A stretch of DNA of 61,355 nucleotides, from positions 1-61,355 of the forward strand of contig CANRCE010000003.1 of the NCBI GenBank assembly GCA_947629035.1. Direction: 5' to 3'. The notes below the pieces were generated by a model. That model saw only the letters and a program-made list of their open reading frames with translations, had not been told where the DNA came from and searched no databases. Every line of letters starts with the position of its first letter. Position 1 is the stretch's first letter. Shown here piece after piece: positions 41,768-50,801 of the stretch. This DNA is from an uncultured Bacilli bacterium. Its GTDB lineage: Bacteria > Bacillota_I > Bacilli_A > RF39 > UBA660. A program made the translations under genes and the position numbers.

Positions 41768-43171
41768 TTGAAAGAGATATTAGATTGTTTAGAAACTGTA
41801 ATAAATACTACAGGACTAATTGCTAAAAAAGAAGTATTAGGTCGATTTAAAGATAATGAAGAAATGATTATTGCATTAAATTTAGCATTCAATCCTTTTA
41901 AAATAACGGGTATAGCTAAGAAAAAGTTAAACAAAGAAGTAGAAGTAGTTCCAGTCATTAATAAAAACGAAGGAAGAAAGTCGCTACTTGGCGCTAGCAC
42001 GGCGAAAAAAGAAGAGGTTATAAATTATATTGATACAAACTTTAAATCTTTAGCAAACTTCTTTCTAAACCACAACACAGGTAGAGATTCAGATATTAAA
42101 TCAGTTCAAGCATTTATTAATAAATGTATAAAAGAACATAATCTAACATTTAGTGAAACAAAAATATTAGAAGATATAATAACTAAAGATTTAACTTTAG
42201 GATTAAATGTAAAATCTATAAATGAAGTATACGGTAAGGTAATTCAAACTTTTAGTTGTATGTTGGGAGTTAAATTAGAAGGTGTTGAAGATAGTTTAGT
42301 AGGTAAGAAAGTAACAGTAACAGAAAAATTAGATGGTAATAGATGTTTAGCAGTAGTTAAACAATATGAAAACCAAGAAAATAACGATATTTATTCTGAT
42401 GTAACATTTTATTCCAGAAATGGTAAGCCAATAGAAGGATTAGATGATATTAGAGAAGTAATGAAAGATTTACCTGAAGGAGTATATGATGGTGAACTAC
42501 TAGCAGACGACTTCAATGATACTCAATCAACATTAAGAACTAAAGGTAATAAAAAAGGATTAGTTTACAATATATTTGATTTTATGTTAAAAGTAAATGA
42601 ATTTTTTGATGATAATTTAAAAGAAGTATCTGAACCTTATCATTTAAGAAGAGTAAATTTAGAAGATTTGTTTTTAGAATATGGTGATGCAAACGGTCAA
42701 TATATTGGAGCAAATAAATGTGTTAAAAAGGTTGAAGTTTTATATAGTGGAATATATGATAACGATATAGTAATGCAACTTCACGATGAAATAAAAGCAA
42801 AAGGTGGAGAAGGTGTTATGATAAATGTTGAAGATAGTAACTATATAAAAGATAGAACTAAAAATTTAGTTAAGGTAAAAGCAATGAAAACTTGTGATAT
42901 ACCTTGTATAGCAATTGAAAATGGGGACGGAAGGTTAGCAAATACTTTAGGTTACATTATATGTGATTATAAAGGATATGAAGTAAAAGTAGGTAGTGGT
43001 TTTGATGACGGTAGTAGAGATTACTATTATCATAATCCAGATAAAATTATAAATCATATAGTAGAGGTACAATATTTTGAAGAAACAACAAATCAAGACG
43101 GAACAGTAAGTTTAAGATTTCCTGTATTCTTGCAAGTAAGAAGTGATAAAGAAGAGGTTAGTTATGAATAA
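41768..43171 (+). CDS. ATP-dependent DNA ligase (TTG start)
   Basis: Motif I EKLDGNR (KxDG), motif IV EGVMIN, motif V NLVKVKA. Confidence 0.8.
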   Translation: MKEILDCLETVINTTGLIAKKEVLGRFKDNEEMIIALNLAFNPFKITGIAKKKLNKEVEVVPVINKNEGRKSLLGASTAKKEEVINYIDTNFKSLANFFLNHNTGRDSDIKSVQAFINKCIKEHNLTFSETKILEDIITKDLTLGLNVKSINEVYGKVIQTFSCMLGVKLEGVEDSLVGKKVTVTEKLDGNRCLAVVKQYENQENNDIYSDVTFYSRNGKPIEGLDDIREVMKDLPEGVYDGELLADDFNDTQSTLRTKGNKKGLVYNIFDFMLKVNEFFDDNLKEVSEPYHLRRVNLEDLFLEYGDANGQYIGANKCVKKVEVLYSGIYDNDIVMQLHDEIKAKGGEGVMINVEDSNYIKDRTKNLVKVKAMKTCDIPCIAIENGDGRLANTLGYIICDYKGYEVKVGSGFDDGSRDYYYHNPDKIINHIVEVQYFEETTNQDGTVSLRFPVFLQVRSDKEEVSYE

Positions 43172-43511
43172 AAGATATGAGCAATTAGAATTAGATTTAG
43201 GTTTGCCAAAGGTTGAATTACCAAAAGTAGATTTACCTAAAATAGAATTACCAAACATAGAATTACCTAAAACAAATATTGATTTAGATGTTCTTCCACT
43301 AACAGAATCACCTTTTAAAGGAGGAAAGATTCCTTGGGATAGAATAGTATTTTCAGAAAGTTATAAAAAGCAATTGAGGACTATAATTGAATCAACTATA
43401 ATTGGAGAAGAACATTTAGGAGAGAATTTAAAAAGAGATTGTTTAACATACTTAGCACAGGTTACGAAAGAGGATGAAGACAGATGGAAAGAAAGTCAAA
43501 GAAATCAGTAA
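43164..43511 (+). CDS. hypothetical protein with LPK(V/I)(E/D) pentapeptide repeats
   Basis: ATG at 43164 is preferred. Contains LPKVELPKVDLPKIELPNIELPKTNIDL. Confidence 0.5.
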   Translation: MNKRYEQLELDLGLPKVELPKVDLPKIELPNIELPKTNIDLDVLPLTESPFKGGKIPWDRIVFSESYKKQLRTIIESTIIGEEHLGENLKRDCLTYLAQVTKEDEDRWKESQRNQ

Positions 43512-43714
43512 AGAAAAAGAATAAGAAATGCTGTTGTGAAGATTGTACAAACTTTGTACCAATAGGAGAGGGAGACCATATCTGTATAGCAGGTAAGGAA
43601 CCTGTATTAATATTAGAAGATTATATACCTACCGATAATTATTTATATTGTAATGGTTCTGACTACGAAAGTTGGGACGATTTAGACGATGATAATGATT
43701 CAAAAGGGAAATAA
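43484..43714 (+). CDS. hypothetical Cys-rich protein with an acidic tail (76 aa)
   Basis: CCCEDC...HIC...C, with a C-terminal DDLDDDND. Confidence 0.45.
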   Translation: MERKSKKSVKKKNKKCCCEDCTNFVPIGEGDHICIAGKEPVLILEDYIPTDNYLYCNGSDYESWDDLDDDNDSKGK

Positions 43715-43758
43715 TTTAAAAAGAATTTAAAATTTTTAATTAAATTTTAAATTTTTTA

Positions 43759-43787
43759 TTGACAAATTAAATAATATATTATATAAT
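43759..43787 (+). promoter_or_regulatory. sigma-A-type early promoter
   Basis: TTGACA at 43759-43764, 17-nt spacer, TATAAT at 43782-43787. Confidence 0.7.
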
Positions 43788-43847
43788 ATATAATGTAAAT
43801 ATTAAATTATTTACTTCATTCGATTAGTTTAAAAGGAGGAATAGAAA

Positions 43848-44309
43848 ATGAAGTTTATAAGATTTAATGCAAACCCAAAGAATTGGAAAACGGGTGATTG
43901 TGTAGTAAGGGCACTATCAGTTGCGACTCAACAAACTTGGGAAGAAACTTATAAGGAGTTATGTGAAATTGGTGCTAAGAAATGTAGAATGCCAAATGAT
44001 GACCAATCATTTGAAGCATTTCTAAAGCAAAAAGGCTTTATGCAAATGAAACAAGAAAAGGATGAAAATGGTAATTGGTTAGATGTAGAACAATTAATAG
44101 ATGCTCATCCAGACGATATACTAGTTATTAGAGTAGCCCGTCACTTAACAGTAGCAATTAAAGGAGTATTAATTGACACTTGGAATTGTGGTTGCAGTAA
44201 AACAGGAAGGTTCTATGTTAAGATGATACCTGATGCATTAGAAGGAGACATTATTAGATACTTACAATTTTTAGAAGAAAATAGAATGATAGTAAAGAGA
44301 AGGTTATAA
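43848..44309 (+). CDS. hypothetical protein; possible papain-like Cys peptidase fold
   Basis: GDCVVRALS, then ARHLTVAIKG..IDTWN, fits a Cys-His-Asp/Asn spacing. Weak. Confidence 0.35.
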   Translation: MKFIRFNANPKNWKTGDCVVRALSVATQQTWEETYKELCEIGAKKCRMPNDDQSFEAFLKQKGFMQMKQEKDENGNWLDVEQLIDAHPDDILVIRVARHLTVAIKGVLIDTWNCGCSKTGRFYVKMIPDALEGDIIRYLQFLEENRMIVKRRL

Positions 44310-44322
44310 AATAGCCTTCCCT

Positions 44323-44345
44323 TGTATTAATAATTGAAGGAGGAT
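44323..44345 (+). promoter_or_regulatory. TGTATTA box
   Basis: CCTTGTATTAATAATTGAAGGAGGA, after a GAAGGTTA/TAGCCTTC hairpin. Confidence 0.4.
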
Positions 44346-44349
44346 TAAA

Positions 44350-44733
44350 ATGAAATTTAAAGTAGAGGGTTGTTATGGAATTGGTATTGTTTTGGAAACA
44401 GATGATGTAGATGAAGCAATAAAATATGTACAAGATAAAGAAGGCAGTGATTATGAAAGTCATTTAGAGTATAGACAACATTGTGCAGAAGATTATGAAA
44501 GACCTGCTGATTATTATCCGACATATTATATCATATTTAATAATAAGAATTATTCAATAGAAGACATATCGAGTCTTAGAACTAATGTTAAAACTTTTAG
44601 TATCTATGAAGAAGATATTGCTGATTTAAAAGCAATGAAAGAACAATTTATTAAAGAAAAGAAATCTGAAAATACTATTGATTCTATTACAAGAGAAATA
44701 GAAGACATTGAAAAGAAAATGAAGGCGGTATAG
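44350..44733 (+). CDS. hypothetical protein (127 aa)
   Basis: GAAGGAGG RBS. Confidence 0.5.
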   Translation: MKFKVEGCYGIGIVLETDDVDEAIKYVQDKEGSDYESHLEYRQHCAEDYERPADYYPTYYIIFNNKNYSIEDISSLRTNVKTFSIYEEDIADLKAMKEQFIKEKKSENTIDSITREIEDIEKKMKAV

Positions 44734-44734
44734 T

Positions 44735-45010
44735 ATGTCAGTAAGAAAAAGAATATCTAATGAAAGATTAGAACAATTATATGTAAAAGCAATTTCAAAA
44801 TTAAATAGTATACCTAATGTAGAATTATTATACCATTTAGAATTATATATGAAGATAGCAGGTATTATTAATTATATTAAAGAAAATGGTAAAGTATCAG
44901 TTAGACAATATGAATGGTTAGTTAGTTTTGTAAAGGGAGGAGATGTAGACGAATGTTTAAACATGACGAGAGTGTTGCAGGAGAAAAGAGAAGAGTTATC
45001 GAAGATGTAA
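44735..45010 (+). CDS. hypothetical protein (91 aa)
   Basis: AAGGCGG RBS. Confidence 0.5.
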   Translation: MSVRKRISNERLEQLYVKAISKLNSIPNVELLYHLELYMKIAGIINYIKENGKVSVRQYEWLVSFVKGGDVDECLNMTRVLQEKREELSKM

Positions 45011-45225
45011 CACATCAAGGAATAGGTGGAAAAGAAATAACTTTAGAATTCGGTTTATCAGTTGATGAAGTTTTTCACTTATGTGTATGTGAAGGTAATT
45101 GGGCCTGTAAAAATTTCTTAGATAGAAGAAAAGATATAACAGGAGCTTATAAAGGTAAATTATATTATGGCAAAGTTGAAGGCTTAGGTTATATAGTAAC
45201 TGAAGAAGAGTTGATGGATTTATGA
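44953..45225 (+). CDS. hypothetical protein (90 aa)
   Basis: GGGAGGAG lies 11 nt upstream. 58-nt overlap with the upstream gene. Confidence 0.4.
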   Translation: MFKHDESVAGEKRRVIEDVTHQGIGGKEITLEFGLSVDEVFHLCVCEGNWACKNFLDRRKDITGAYKGKLYYGKVEGLGYIVTEEELMDL

Positions 45226-45836
45226 TAGCAAAAGAAATAGAAGAGATGTTTGCTAAAATAGGTTATGATAATTTATTTTATCCTTTTCAAGATGATTTTA
45301 GAAATGATAGAATAGTAGCCTGGAGTAATGAAACAGGTAATAGAATTGAAATAACTAACTTACCTTATGTTTATAAATTTAATGAAAGAACAGGAAGGGT
45401 ACTAAGAATCACTAAAGCTGAGTATAAAGCAATAGTCAAGCTTAAAGAAAGTTTAAATTGGAATACAAATATTAGTGTAGATTACTTAACGCCTGACAGC
45501 GACGAAGTAATAGGTATTCCTTATAGGAATAAAAGTTTCTATTCTAAAGATATAGATATGAAAATAGTATCACCTATGTTAAAGGAACTAATTAAAACAT
45601 TAAATTTTGAAGAGGTATGTAAATTATTCAAAGAGATATGTTTTGACCAAGTTGCCTATTGGGATGATGAAGCTAAAGGTATAATATATAAAGACGATTC
45701 TTATAGTAAACTAAATAGAGAACAAGCTTGTCAATTACAAAGGAAAGTATCTACAGCAGTTGATTTATTTAGTCAATCAATAGTAAATAAGAATACATTC
45801 GACGAAAATTATCTAAGGGAGAGATTAGGTCTATGA
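45222..45836 (+). CDS. hypothetical protein (204 aa)
   Basis: ATGA overlap with the upstream gene. No motif recognised. Confidence 0.5.
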   Translation: MIAKEIEEMFAKIGYDNLFYPFQDDFRNDRIVAWSNETGNRIEITNLPYVYKFNERTGRVLRITKAEYKAIVKLKESLNWNTNISVDYLTPDSDEVIGIPYRNKSFYSKDIDMKIVSPMLKELIKTLNFEEVCKLFKEICFDQVAYWDDEAKGIIYKDDSYSKLNREQACQLQRKVSTAVDLFSQSIVNKNTFDENYLRERLGL

Positions 45837-46042
45837 CAAAGTTATATAAGTGGTCTAGGAAAGATATTGAAAACGTAGGTAAACAAGGATATAAATTTAT
45901 TCATTGTGAAACTGAAGACGAAGCGAATGAAGTTAAAGATAATTTAAAAAGTAGAGGTAGATGCGCTCAAGCCGCATTTGCAATAAATCGGGAGGGTAAG
46001 GTTATTTACTTTGTAGCAACAAAGGAAAGAAATAAACACTAG
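45833..46042 (+). CDS. hypothetical protein (69 aa)
   Basis: ATGA overlap with the upstream gene. GGGAGAG RBS. Confidence 0.5.
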   Translation: MTKLYKWSRKDIENVGKQGYKFIHCETEDEANEVKDNLKSRGRCAQAAFAINREGKVIYFVATKERNKH

Positions 46043-46051
46043 GAGGTGTCT

Positions 46052-46288
46052 ATGTATAACCGATTAATCAGATATCTAAAAGATGATTTAAAAACATTTG
46101 ATAGAGAAGATTGTGCAAAGGTTAAGTTAATTTTAGCGTATTTAAAAAATCATAAAAACATTCCATTAAAGATTATAAAAGAAAAATCATTTGAATATTA
46201 TCAAGGTTATAGTTTAGCTCAAGGAATAGAACCATTAGATGAATGGTCATTCTATCTTTGTAAAACAGAATTGACTTGGGAAGAATAA
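46052..46288 (+). CDS. hypothetical protein (78 aa)
   Basis: ATG at 46052 follows AGGAGG and is preferred over the tracked GTG at 46046. Confidence 0.5.
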   Translation: MYNRLIRYLKDDLKTFDREDCAKVKLILAYLKNHKNIPLKIIKEKSFEYYQGYSLAQGIEPLDEWSFYLCKTELTWEE

Positions 46289-46297
46289 CTAATAGAT

Positions 46298-46319
46298 TGT
46301 ATTAATATGTGAAGGAGGA
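46298..46319 (+). promoter_or_regulatory. TGTATTA box
   Basis: GATTGTATTAATATGTGAAGGAGGA. The same 21-mer core as at 19908, with one mismatch. Confidence 0.45.
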
Positions 46320-46325
46320 TTAGCA

Positions 46326-46631
46326 ATGGAAATAGTAAAGAAACACGAAATCATTGTAGAAGAAATTTTAGAAAAGTATCCTAAGACAAGAAATGACGAC
46401 TTCTTACTTTATGCCGCTGTTTGTCAAGCATATGGTTTAGATATTAGAAATGATACTATAGCAAACTGGGCTAAGAATCACAAAGAATTAGGATATCCAG
46501 CATTTACCTCAATTAATAGAGCAAGATTAAGGGTTGAGGAAAGAAGACCTGATTTAGTAGGGTCTATAAAACAAAGTAGATTAGAAAAAGCAAACGCTAT
46601 TAAGAAGGAGTTAGGTTATGAAACAAATTGA
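46326..46631 (+). CDS. hypothetical protein (101 aa), possibly winged-helix-like
   Basis: EILEKYPKTRNDDFLLYAAV resembles a recurrent small phage protein family. Weak. Confidence 0.45.
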   Translation: MEIVKKHEIIVEEILEKYPKTRNDDFLLYAAVCQAYGLDIRNDTIANWAKNHKELGYPAFTSINRARLRVEERRPDLVGSIKQSRLEKANAIKKELGYETN

Positions 46632-47865
46632 ATTAAGTTTAGGTAAGAATTATGTTTGTAATTGGGGTTTATGGGAAGCCGTCAGAGAGATAATGCAAAA
46701 TGCACAAGACTCTGAAAAAGATGGTCATCCTTTATCAATAACATATGAAAATGAAGACCTTCCAGAAGGTGGAACATTAACAATAACTAATGATGATGTT
46801 AGATTAAACATTTCTTCATTAATATTAGGTAATAGTACTAAAACAGATGATGTTAGTATGATAGGTAAATATGGGGAAGGGTATAAATTAGCATTATTAG
46901 TATTACTTAGATTAGGTAAAACAATAACTATTTATACAGGTAGTGAAAAATGGAAACCTAAATTTAGAAAAAGTAAAACATTTGAAACAGATGTCTTAAC
47001 AATAGAAAGAGAACCTTATGAAGGAGCAGTAGATAGAGAAAGAGTTATGTTTATCATAGATGGTATAACAATAACAGAGTTTGAAATGTTAAAGTTAAAG
47101 TCTATTAGAATAAGACAAGAAACAAATAGATATCATAAAATTAAGATGGTAGATTGTGATTATGGTAAAATACTATTAGATGATGAATATAAAGGTAAGT
47201 TCTATGTAGAGGGATTATTCATTCAAAATGATGAAAATTTCAAATACGGTTATAGTTTTAATAGTGAAGATGTTAATTTAGATAGAGATAGAAAAGCAAT
47301 TAACTATTATGAATTATGTGAATTAACAACTAAATCATTATTATCACAAACTGAAGATTTCAAAATAGTAGAAACTTCTATAACATCTAAAACTCACGAT
47401 ACTTCAGATTTACAATATTATTATAAAAATGCTAGTGATGAATTTAAAGAAGGATTCGCTAAAGATTATGTTGAAAGACATGAAATTGATTCAGATACTT
47501 TTGTAGGAACTGAAAAAGAAGTAATAGTATCAGGTAAAGATAAAGTAAAAGTAGTTGACGAAATTACAGCAAGATGGGTAAATGATGGCCTAGGTAAAGA
47601 AGATGAATATCAAGAAATTAGAAGAAAAGTTGAAGATAAAGATAATGAGGAAGTAGCTATGAAATACTATAATAATAGTGTACTACCTAAATTATATGAT
47701 TGGGCTATTCATAATAGAAAAAGAATATCTAAAACTCAATTAATTAATCTATTTAATTTATTAGACGAAGTTCCTGTTGATGGAATTAGATATATTAGAT
47801 ATGATGTTAAATTAAGAATGGCTGAAGAATGTGGCTTAAGCAAAGACGATTTACAAATGAATTAA
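46618..47865 (+). CDS. GHKL (Bergerat-fold) ATPase-like protein (415 aa)
   Basis: N-box-like AVREIMQNAQDS and a Gly-rich GKYGEGYKLA. Confidence 0.45.
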   Translation: MKQIELSLGKNYVCNWGLWEAVREIMQNAQDSEKDGHPLSITYENEDLPEGGTLTITNDDVRLNISSLILGNSTKTDDVSMIGKYGEGYKLALLVLLRLGKTITIYTGSEKWKPKFRKSKTFETDVLTIEREPYEGAVDRERVMFIIDGITITEFEMLKLKSIRIRQETNRYHKIKMVDCDYGKILLDDEYKGKFYVEGLFIQNDENFKYGYSFNSEDVNLDRDRKAINYYELCELTTKSLLSQTEDFKIVETSITSKTHDTSDLQYYYKNASDEFKEGFAKDYVERHEIDSDTFVGTEKEVIVSGKDKVKVVDEITARWVNDGLGKEDEYQEIRRKVEDKDNEEVAMKYYNNSVLPKLYDWAIHNRKRISKTQLINLFNLLDEVPVDGIRYIRYDVKLRMAEECGLSKDDLQMN

Positions 47866-47946
47866 TATTTATATTGATAAATAGGAAACATTAAGCAAGC
47901 GTTAAATAGCGCGGTATAGCGTATAAGTTTTAAGGAGGTGCTATAT

Positions 47947-48426
47947 ATGATGCAAGTTGAATTAGATAAATTAAAAGTAGGAGACACAGTTTACTATAGA
48001 GATGAAGACTATGACGGAAATGTTACTATAGTAAAAAGGAAAATAAGAAAGATATATGTAGCGCCTTTACCTATTGAACCTAAAGATGGTAAAAGATATA
48101 TGTGTACTTTCTATGAAATAGCTGATGGTTTTGGATGTCAAAGAAATTGTATATTTACTCTTAATGATTTGTTTACACTTTCTAATTATGCATTAGATAG
48201 TATGTATAATAAAAATGTAAGGAGGAAGAGTAAAATGAAAATACCAGAGGAATTATTAGAAAAGATAAAAGAAAAGACACAATGGTTTGAAAAAGAATAC
48301 GCTAGTATTTATGGAGAATTATGTAGTTGTGCAGGAGCAGGTGCTAAAAGATTACCTGTTATAACAATATATGATTTAACTAACATATTAGAAGAGTACT
48401 TTAAAAGTCAGGAGGAAGAGAAATGA
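47947..48426 (+). CDS. hypothetical protein (159 aa)
   Basis: ATG at 47947 follows AAGGAGG. Confidence 0.5.
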   Translation: MMQVELDKLKVGDTVYYRDEDYDGNVTIVKRKIRKIYVAPLPIEPKDGKRYMCTFYEIADGFGCQRNCIFTLNDLFTLSNYALDSMYNKNVRRKSKMKIPEELLEKIKEKTQWFEKEYASIYGELCSCAGAGAKRLPVITIYDLTNILEEYFKSQEEEK

Positions 48427-48866
48427 CGAACTTTATGAAAGATGGAAAATGTAGTAAGTGTGGTAGTTGTTGTAGTAACTTTATTCCTTTAACTGAAGAA
48501 GAAATAAAAGAATTAAAGGAATTAGTAAAGAAACCTGACACGGAAGTACAAATAAAATATGATGATAAAGGTAGATTTTACTTTATGTGTCCATTCTTAA
48601 TATTAAATGCTGTAAGCAAAGAAACAAGATGTTCAATATATGAGAATAGACCTAGTATATGTAGATTATTTAGATGTGATAAACCTAATGAAAAATTACC
48701 TTTAGAAGAAGCAAAGAAATATAGAGTTGTTGATATGTTGCATGAAATAGTTAATTATGATTATCAGAAAGATATAGGTATGACATTTGAAGAAGCAAGA
48801 TATTGGCATAATCAAAAATGCCTAGCAGATAGGGAGCATGACAATGATAAGACCAAGAGAGTTTGA
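48423..48866 (+). CDS. YkgJ-family CxxCxxCC cysteine-cluster protein
   Basis: CSKCGSCCSNF, then CPF...ETRCSIYENRPSICRLFRC. Confidence 0.7.
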   Translation: MTNFMKDGKCSKCGSCCSNFIPLTEEEIKELKELVKKPDTEVQIKYDDKGRFYFMCPFLILNAVSKETRCSIYENRPSICRLFRCDKPNEKLPLEEAKKYRVVDMLHEIVNYDYQKDIGMTFEEARYWHNQKCLADREHDNDKTKRV

Positions 48867-49272
48867 TAGGTATAATAGATATCTGAATGAATTACAAGTT
48901 ATTCTTAATAAATTAGATGCTTGGGAAGAAAGATTAGATAATGAAGTGAAAGAATTATCTAATGTCGATAAGGAAATAGGTGATTATCTTCATATTATAG
49001 AAGGAGATAACGAAATTAAAAATCCTAAGACATTTTTAAATAAAATGAGATTAGCAAGAAGAAGGAGACGCGAAATCAAAGTTATTACGGGGGTTTTACA
49101 TAGATATAGACAACTAACAAATAGGTTAGGAAATAAAGATAGTAGAGCAATACTTCTGACAGAGTTAAGAAAAGAAGTAAAGGCTCAGTTAAAAGATTAT
49201 AATTTTAGAATAGTGGAAGGTGAAGAAAATGAAGGTGTTTATAAGCCAGCCTATGATAAACAAACCAAATGA
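48844..49272 (+). CDS. hypothetical coiled-coil protein (142 aa)
   Basis: The second ATG has better spacing to GGGAG. Confidence 0.45.
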   Translation: MIRPREFDRYNRYLNELQVILNKLDAWEERLDNEVKELSNVDKEIGDYLHIIEGDNEIKNPKTFLNKMRLARRRRREIKVITGVLHRYRQLTNRLGNKDSRAILLTELRKEVKAQLKDYNFRIVEGEENEGVYKPAYDKQTK

Positions 49273-49510
49273 TATTCTTTATAGAGAAAGAGAAGAAGTA
49301 GTAAAGCAATTAAAAGCTGAAGGATATGAAGTAATAGACTCTATATTAGATATTCCAAATGCAACTCCTTTATTATATTTAGCAAAATCAGTTGAATTAA
49401 TGAATGAAGCTGATGGAGTAGTATTTATGAAGGGTTGGGAACAATCTAGAGGATGTACAATGGAACATGATATAGCAGTATTATATGGAAAGTTCGTAAA
49501 ATTATTATAG
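49229..49510 (+). CDS. DUF4406-like protein (nucleoside deoxyribosyltransferase superfamily)
   Basis: MKVFISQPM..., EADGVVFMKGWEQSRGCTMEHDIA. ATG at 49229 follows GGAAGG. Confidence 0.55.
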   Translation: MKVFISQPMINKPNDILYREREEVVKQLKAEGYEVIDSILDIPNATPLLYLAKSVELMNEADGVVFMKGWEQSRGCTMEHDIAVLYGKFVKLL

Positions 49511-49522
49511 GAGGAGATAATA

Positions 49523-49747
49523 ATGTGTAGCGCATTAAGAAAAATTGAAAGAAATAAATTAAAACAACAAATAGGTTGTAATAATATTTCAGATGCTTGG
49601 AGAGAACATCAAATAGTAAAATATGGTCCAAAAGAATATGTTGCATTAAGAAATTCTAATAGACGATTTAATAAAACTCACTATGTTGGAGAAAAATTCT
49701 TAGTAGATAAAAATGCTAGAATTACAACTGTATTAAATTCTAAATAG
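49523..49747 (+). CDS. hypothetical protein (74 aa)
   Basis: AGGAGGAG RBS. Confidence 0.5.
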   Translation: MCSALRKIERNKLKQQIGCNNISDAWREHQIVKYGPKEYVALRNSNRRFNKTHYVGEKFLVDKNARITTVLNSK

Positions 49748-49758
49748 GAGGTAATTAA

Positions 49759-50109
49759 ATGATTACTAAAGAAGTAGAAATCCAAGTAAAAGATTTCACT
49801 TATAAAGTTATGCTAGTTGATGAAGATTATAAGTATTTAAGAAATAAAGATGAGCAATTCGAAAATATGGGATTAACAGATGTAATAAAACAAGTCATCT
49901 ATATTAGAAATGATTTAAAACCTAACAGAATGTTTCAAGTTATCCTACATGAAGTGACTCACGCTTATTTAGATGCTTATGGTTTTGCTGGTTCAAGATT
50001 TACTGAAGAAGGTGTTTGTACCTTTATTGAAGCATATGGACAAGATATATATTCTTTAGCACAGTATATTATCAGGAGGTTTACAGTAAATGAAGGAAAG
50101 CAAGATTGA
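49759..50109 (+). CDS. small HExxH zinc-metallopeptidase-like protein
   Basis: Contains ILHEVTHAYLD. 116 aa. Confidence 0.45.
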   Translation: MITKEVEIQVKDFTYKVMLVDEDYKYLRNKDEQFENMGLTDVIKQVIYIRNDLKPNRMFQVILHEVTHAYLDAYGFAGSRFTEEGVCTFIEAYGQDIYSLAQYIIRRFTVNEGKQD

Positions 50110-50329
50110 TATAGTTTTTAGAATCATATTTAGTATATTAGGTCTAATATTTATAACAACGTTATTTTATATGTCATTTTATCATATAGAGAAGATATAT
50201 GATAGGTTAGAAGAATTAGAAAATAAAGTAGAAGTATTAGAAAAAGAAAAGAATGAATATGAAGAAATAGCAAATACCTGGTATGAAAATTATATCGAGT
50301 TAGGTATTACTTGTGGAGCAAACGAATAA
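50090..50329 (+). CDS. small membrane protein (one TM helix plus coiled coil)
   Basis: FRIIFSILGLIFITTLFYMSF is hydrophobic. RBS AGGAGG. Confidence 0.5.
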   Translation: MKESKIDIVFRIIFSILGLIFITTLFYMSFYHIEKIYDRLEELENKVEVLEKEKNEYEEIANTWYENYIELGITCGANE

Positions 50330-50421
50330 TATTATTAGTTGGTGGCGGAATATAGACGCGAAGGTATAACCTTGGAGCAATCTGTGTGGTAGTGAAAGTC
50401 TATCACCCGACGACAATTAAT

Positions 50422-50797
50422 GGGGATGTTTAGGTTTCGACTGCAGGTTGTTAGTATGAGTAGCAAGTACTAGGCCGCTAGTATAAAGAGCAAACAAAAT
50501 AAACGCTAAAACTTTTATTTCTAGATTAGCAAATTTATTTGCACCTAAAGCTTCTTACGCTTTAGTATAATCTATGCTCATATAGTAGGTCCAGCATTCG
50601 TCGACTATATGAGTATCGTAAAAGAATGCAACCCTCTCGGTTGAAAGTTTTAAGAGTAAATTAAACTTTATATGTTAGTGTAGTGTTGTTTAGTTACTAG
50701 ACTGACCTCTAATCCTCCTTAACTAAAATAAACTTGTAGGATAACTTGTATTTTAGCAGTTTGTAGGACACGAGTTCGATTCTCGTCATCTCCACCA
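50422..50797 (+). ncRNA. ssrA: tmRNA (SsrA)
   Basis: 5-prime GGGGATGTTTAGGTTTCGACTGCAGG, 3-prime GGACACGAGTTCGATTCTCGTCATCTCCACCA. The acceptor GGGGATG/CATCTCC has G3-U. An internal tag frame begins after AAAUAAAC. Confidence 0.85.
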
Positions 50798-50801
50798 ATA
50801 T

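Noticed and set aside
50340-50421. GC-richer 80 nt before the tmRNA (GGTGGCGGAATATAGACGCG...) as a possible tRNA or second piece of a permuted tmRNA
   Set aside because: I could build no T-loop (GTTCRANYC), no cloverleaf and no acceptor pairing. The downstream tmRNA is complete in one piece. This is most simply a precursor leader.
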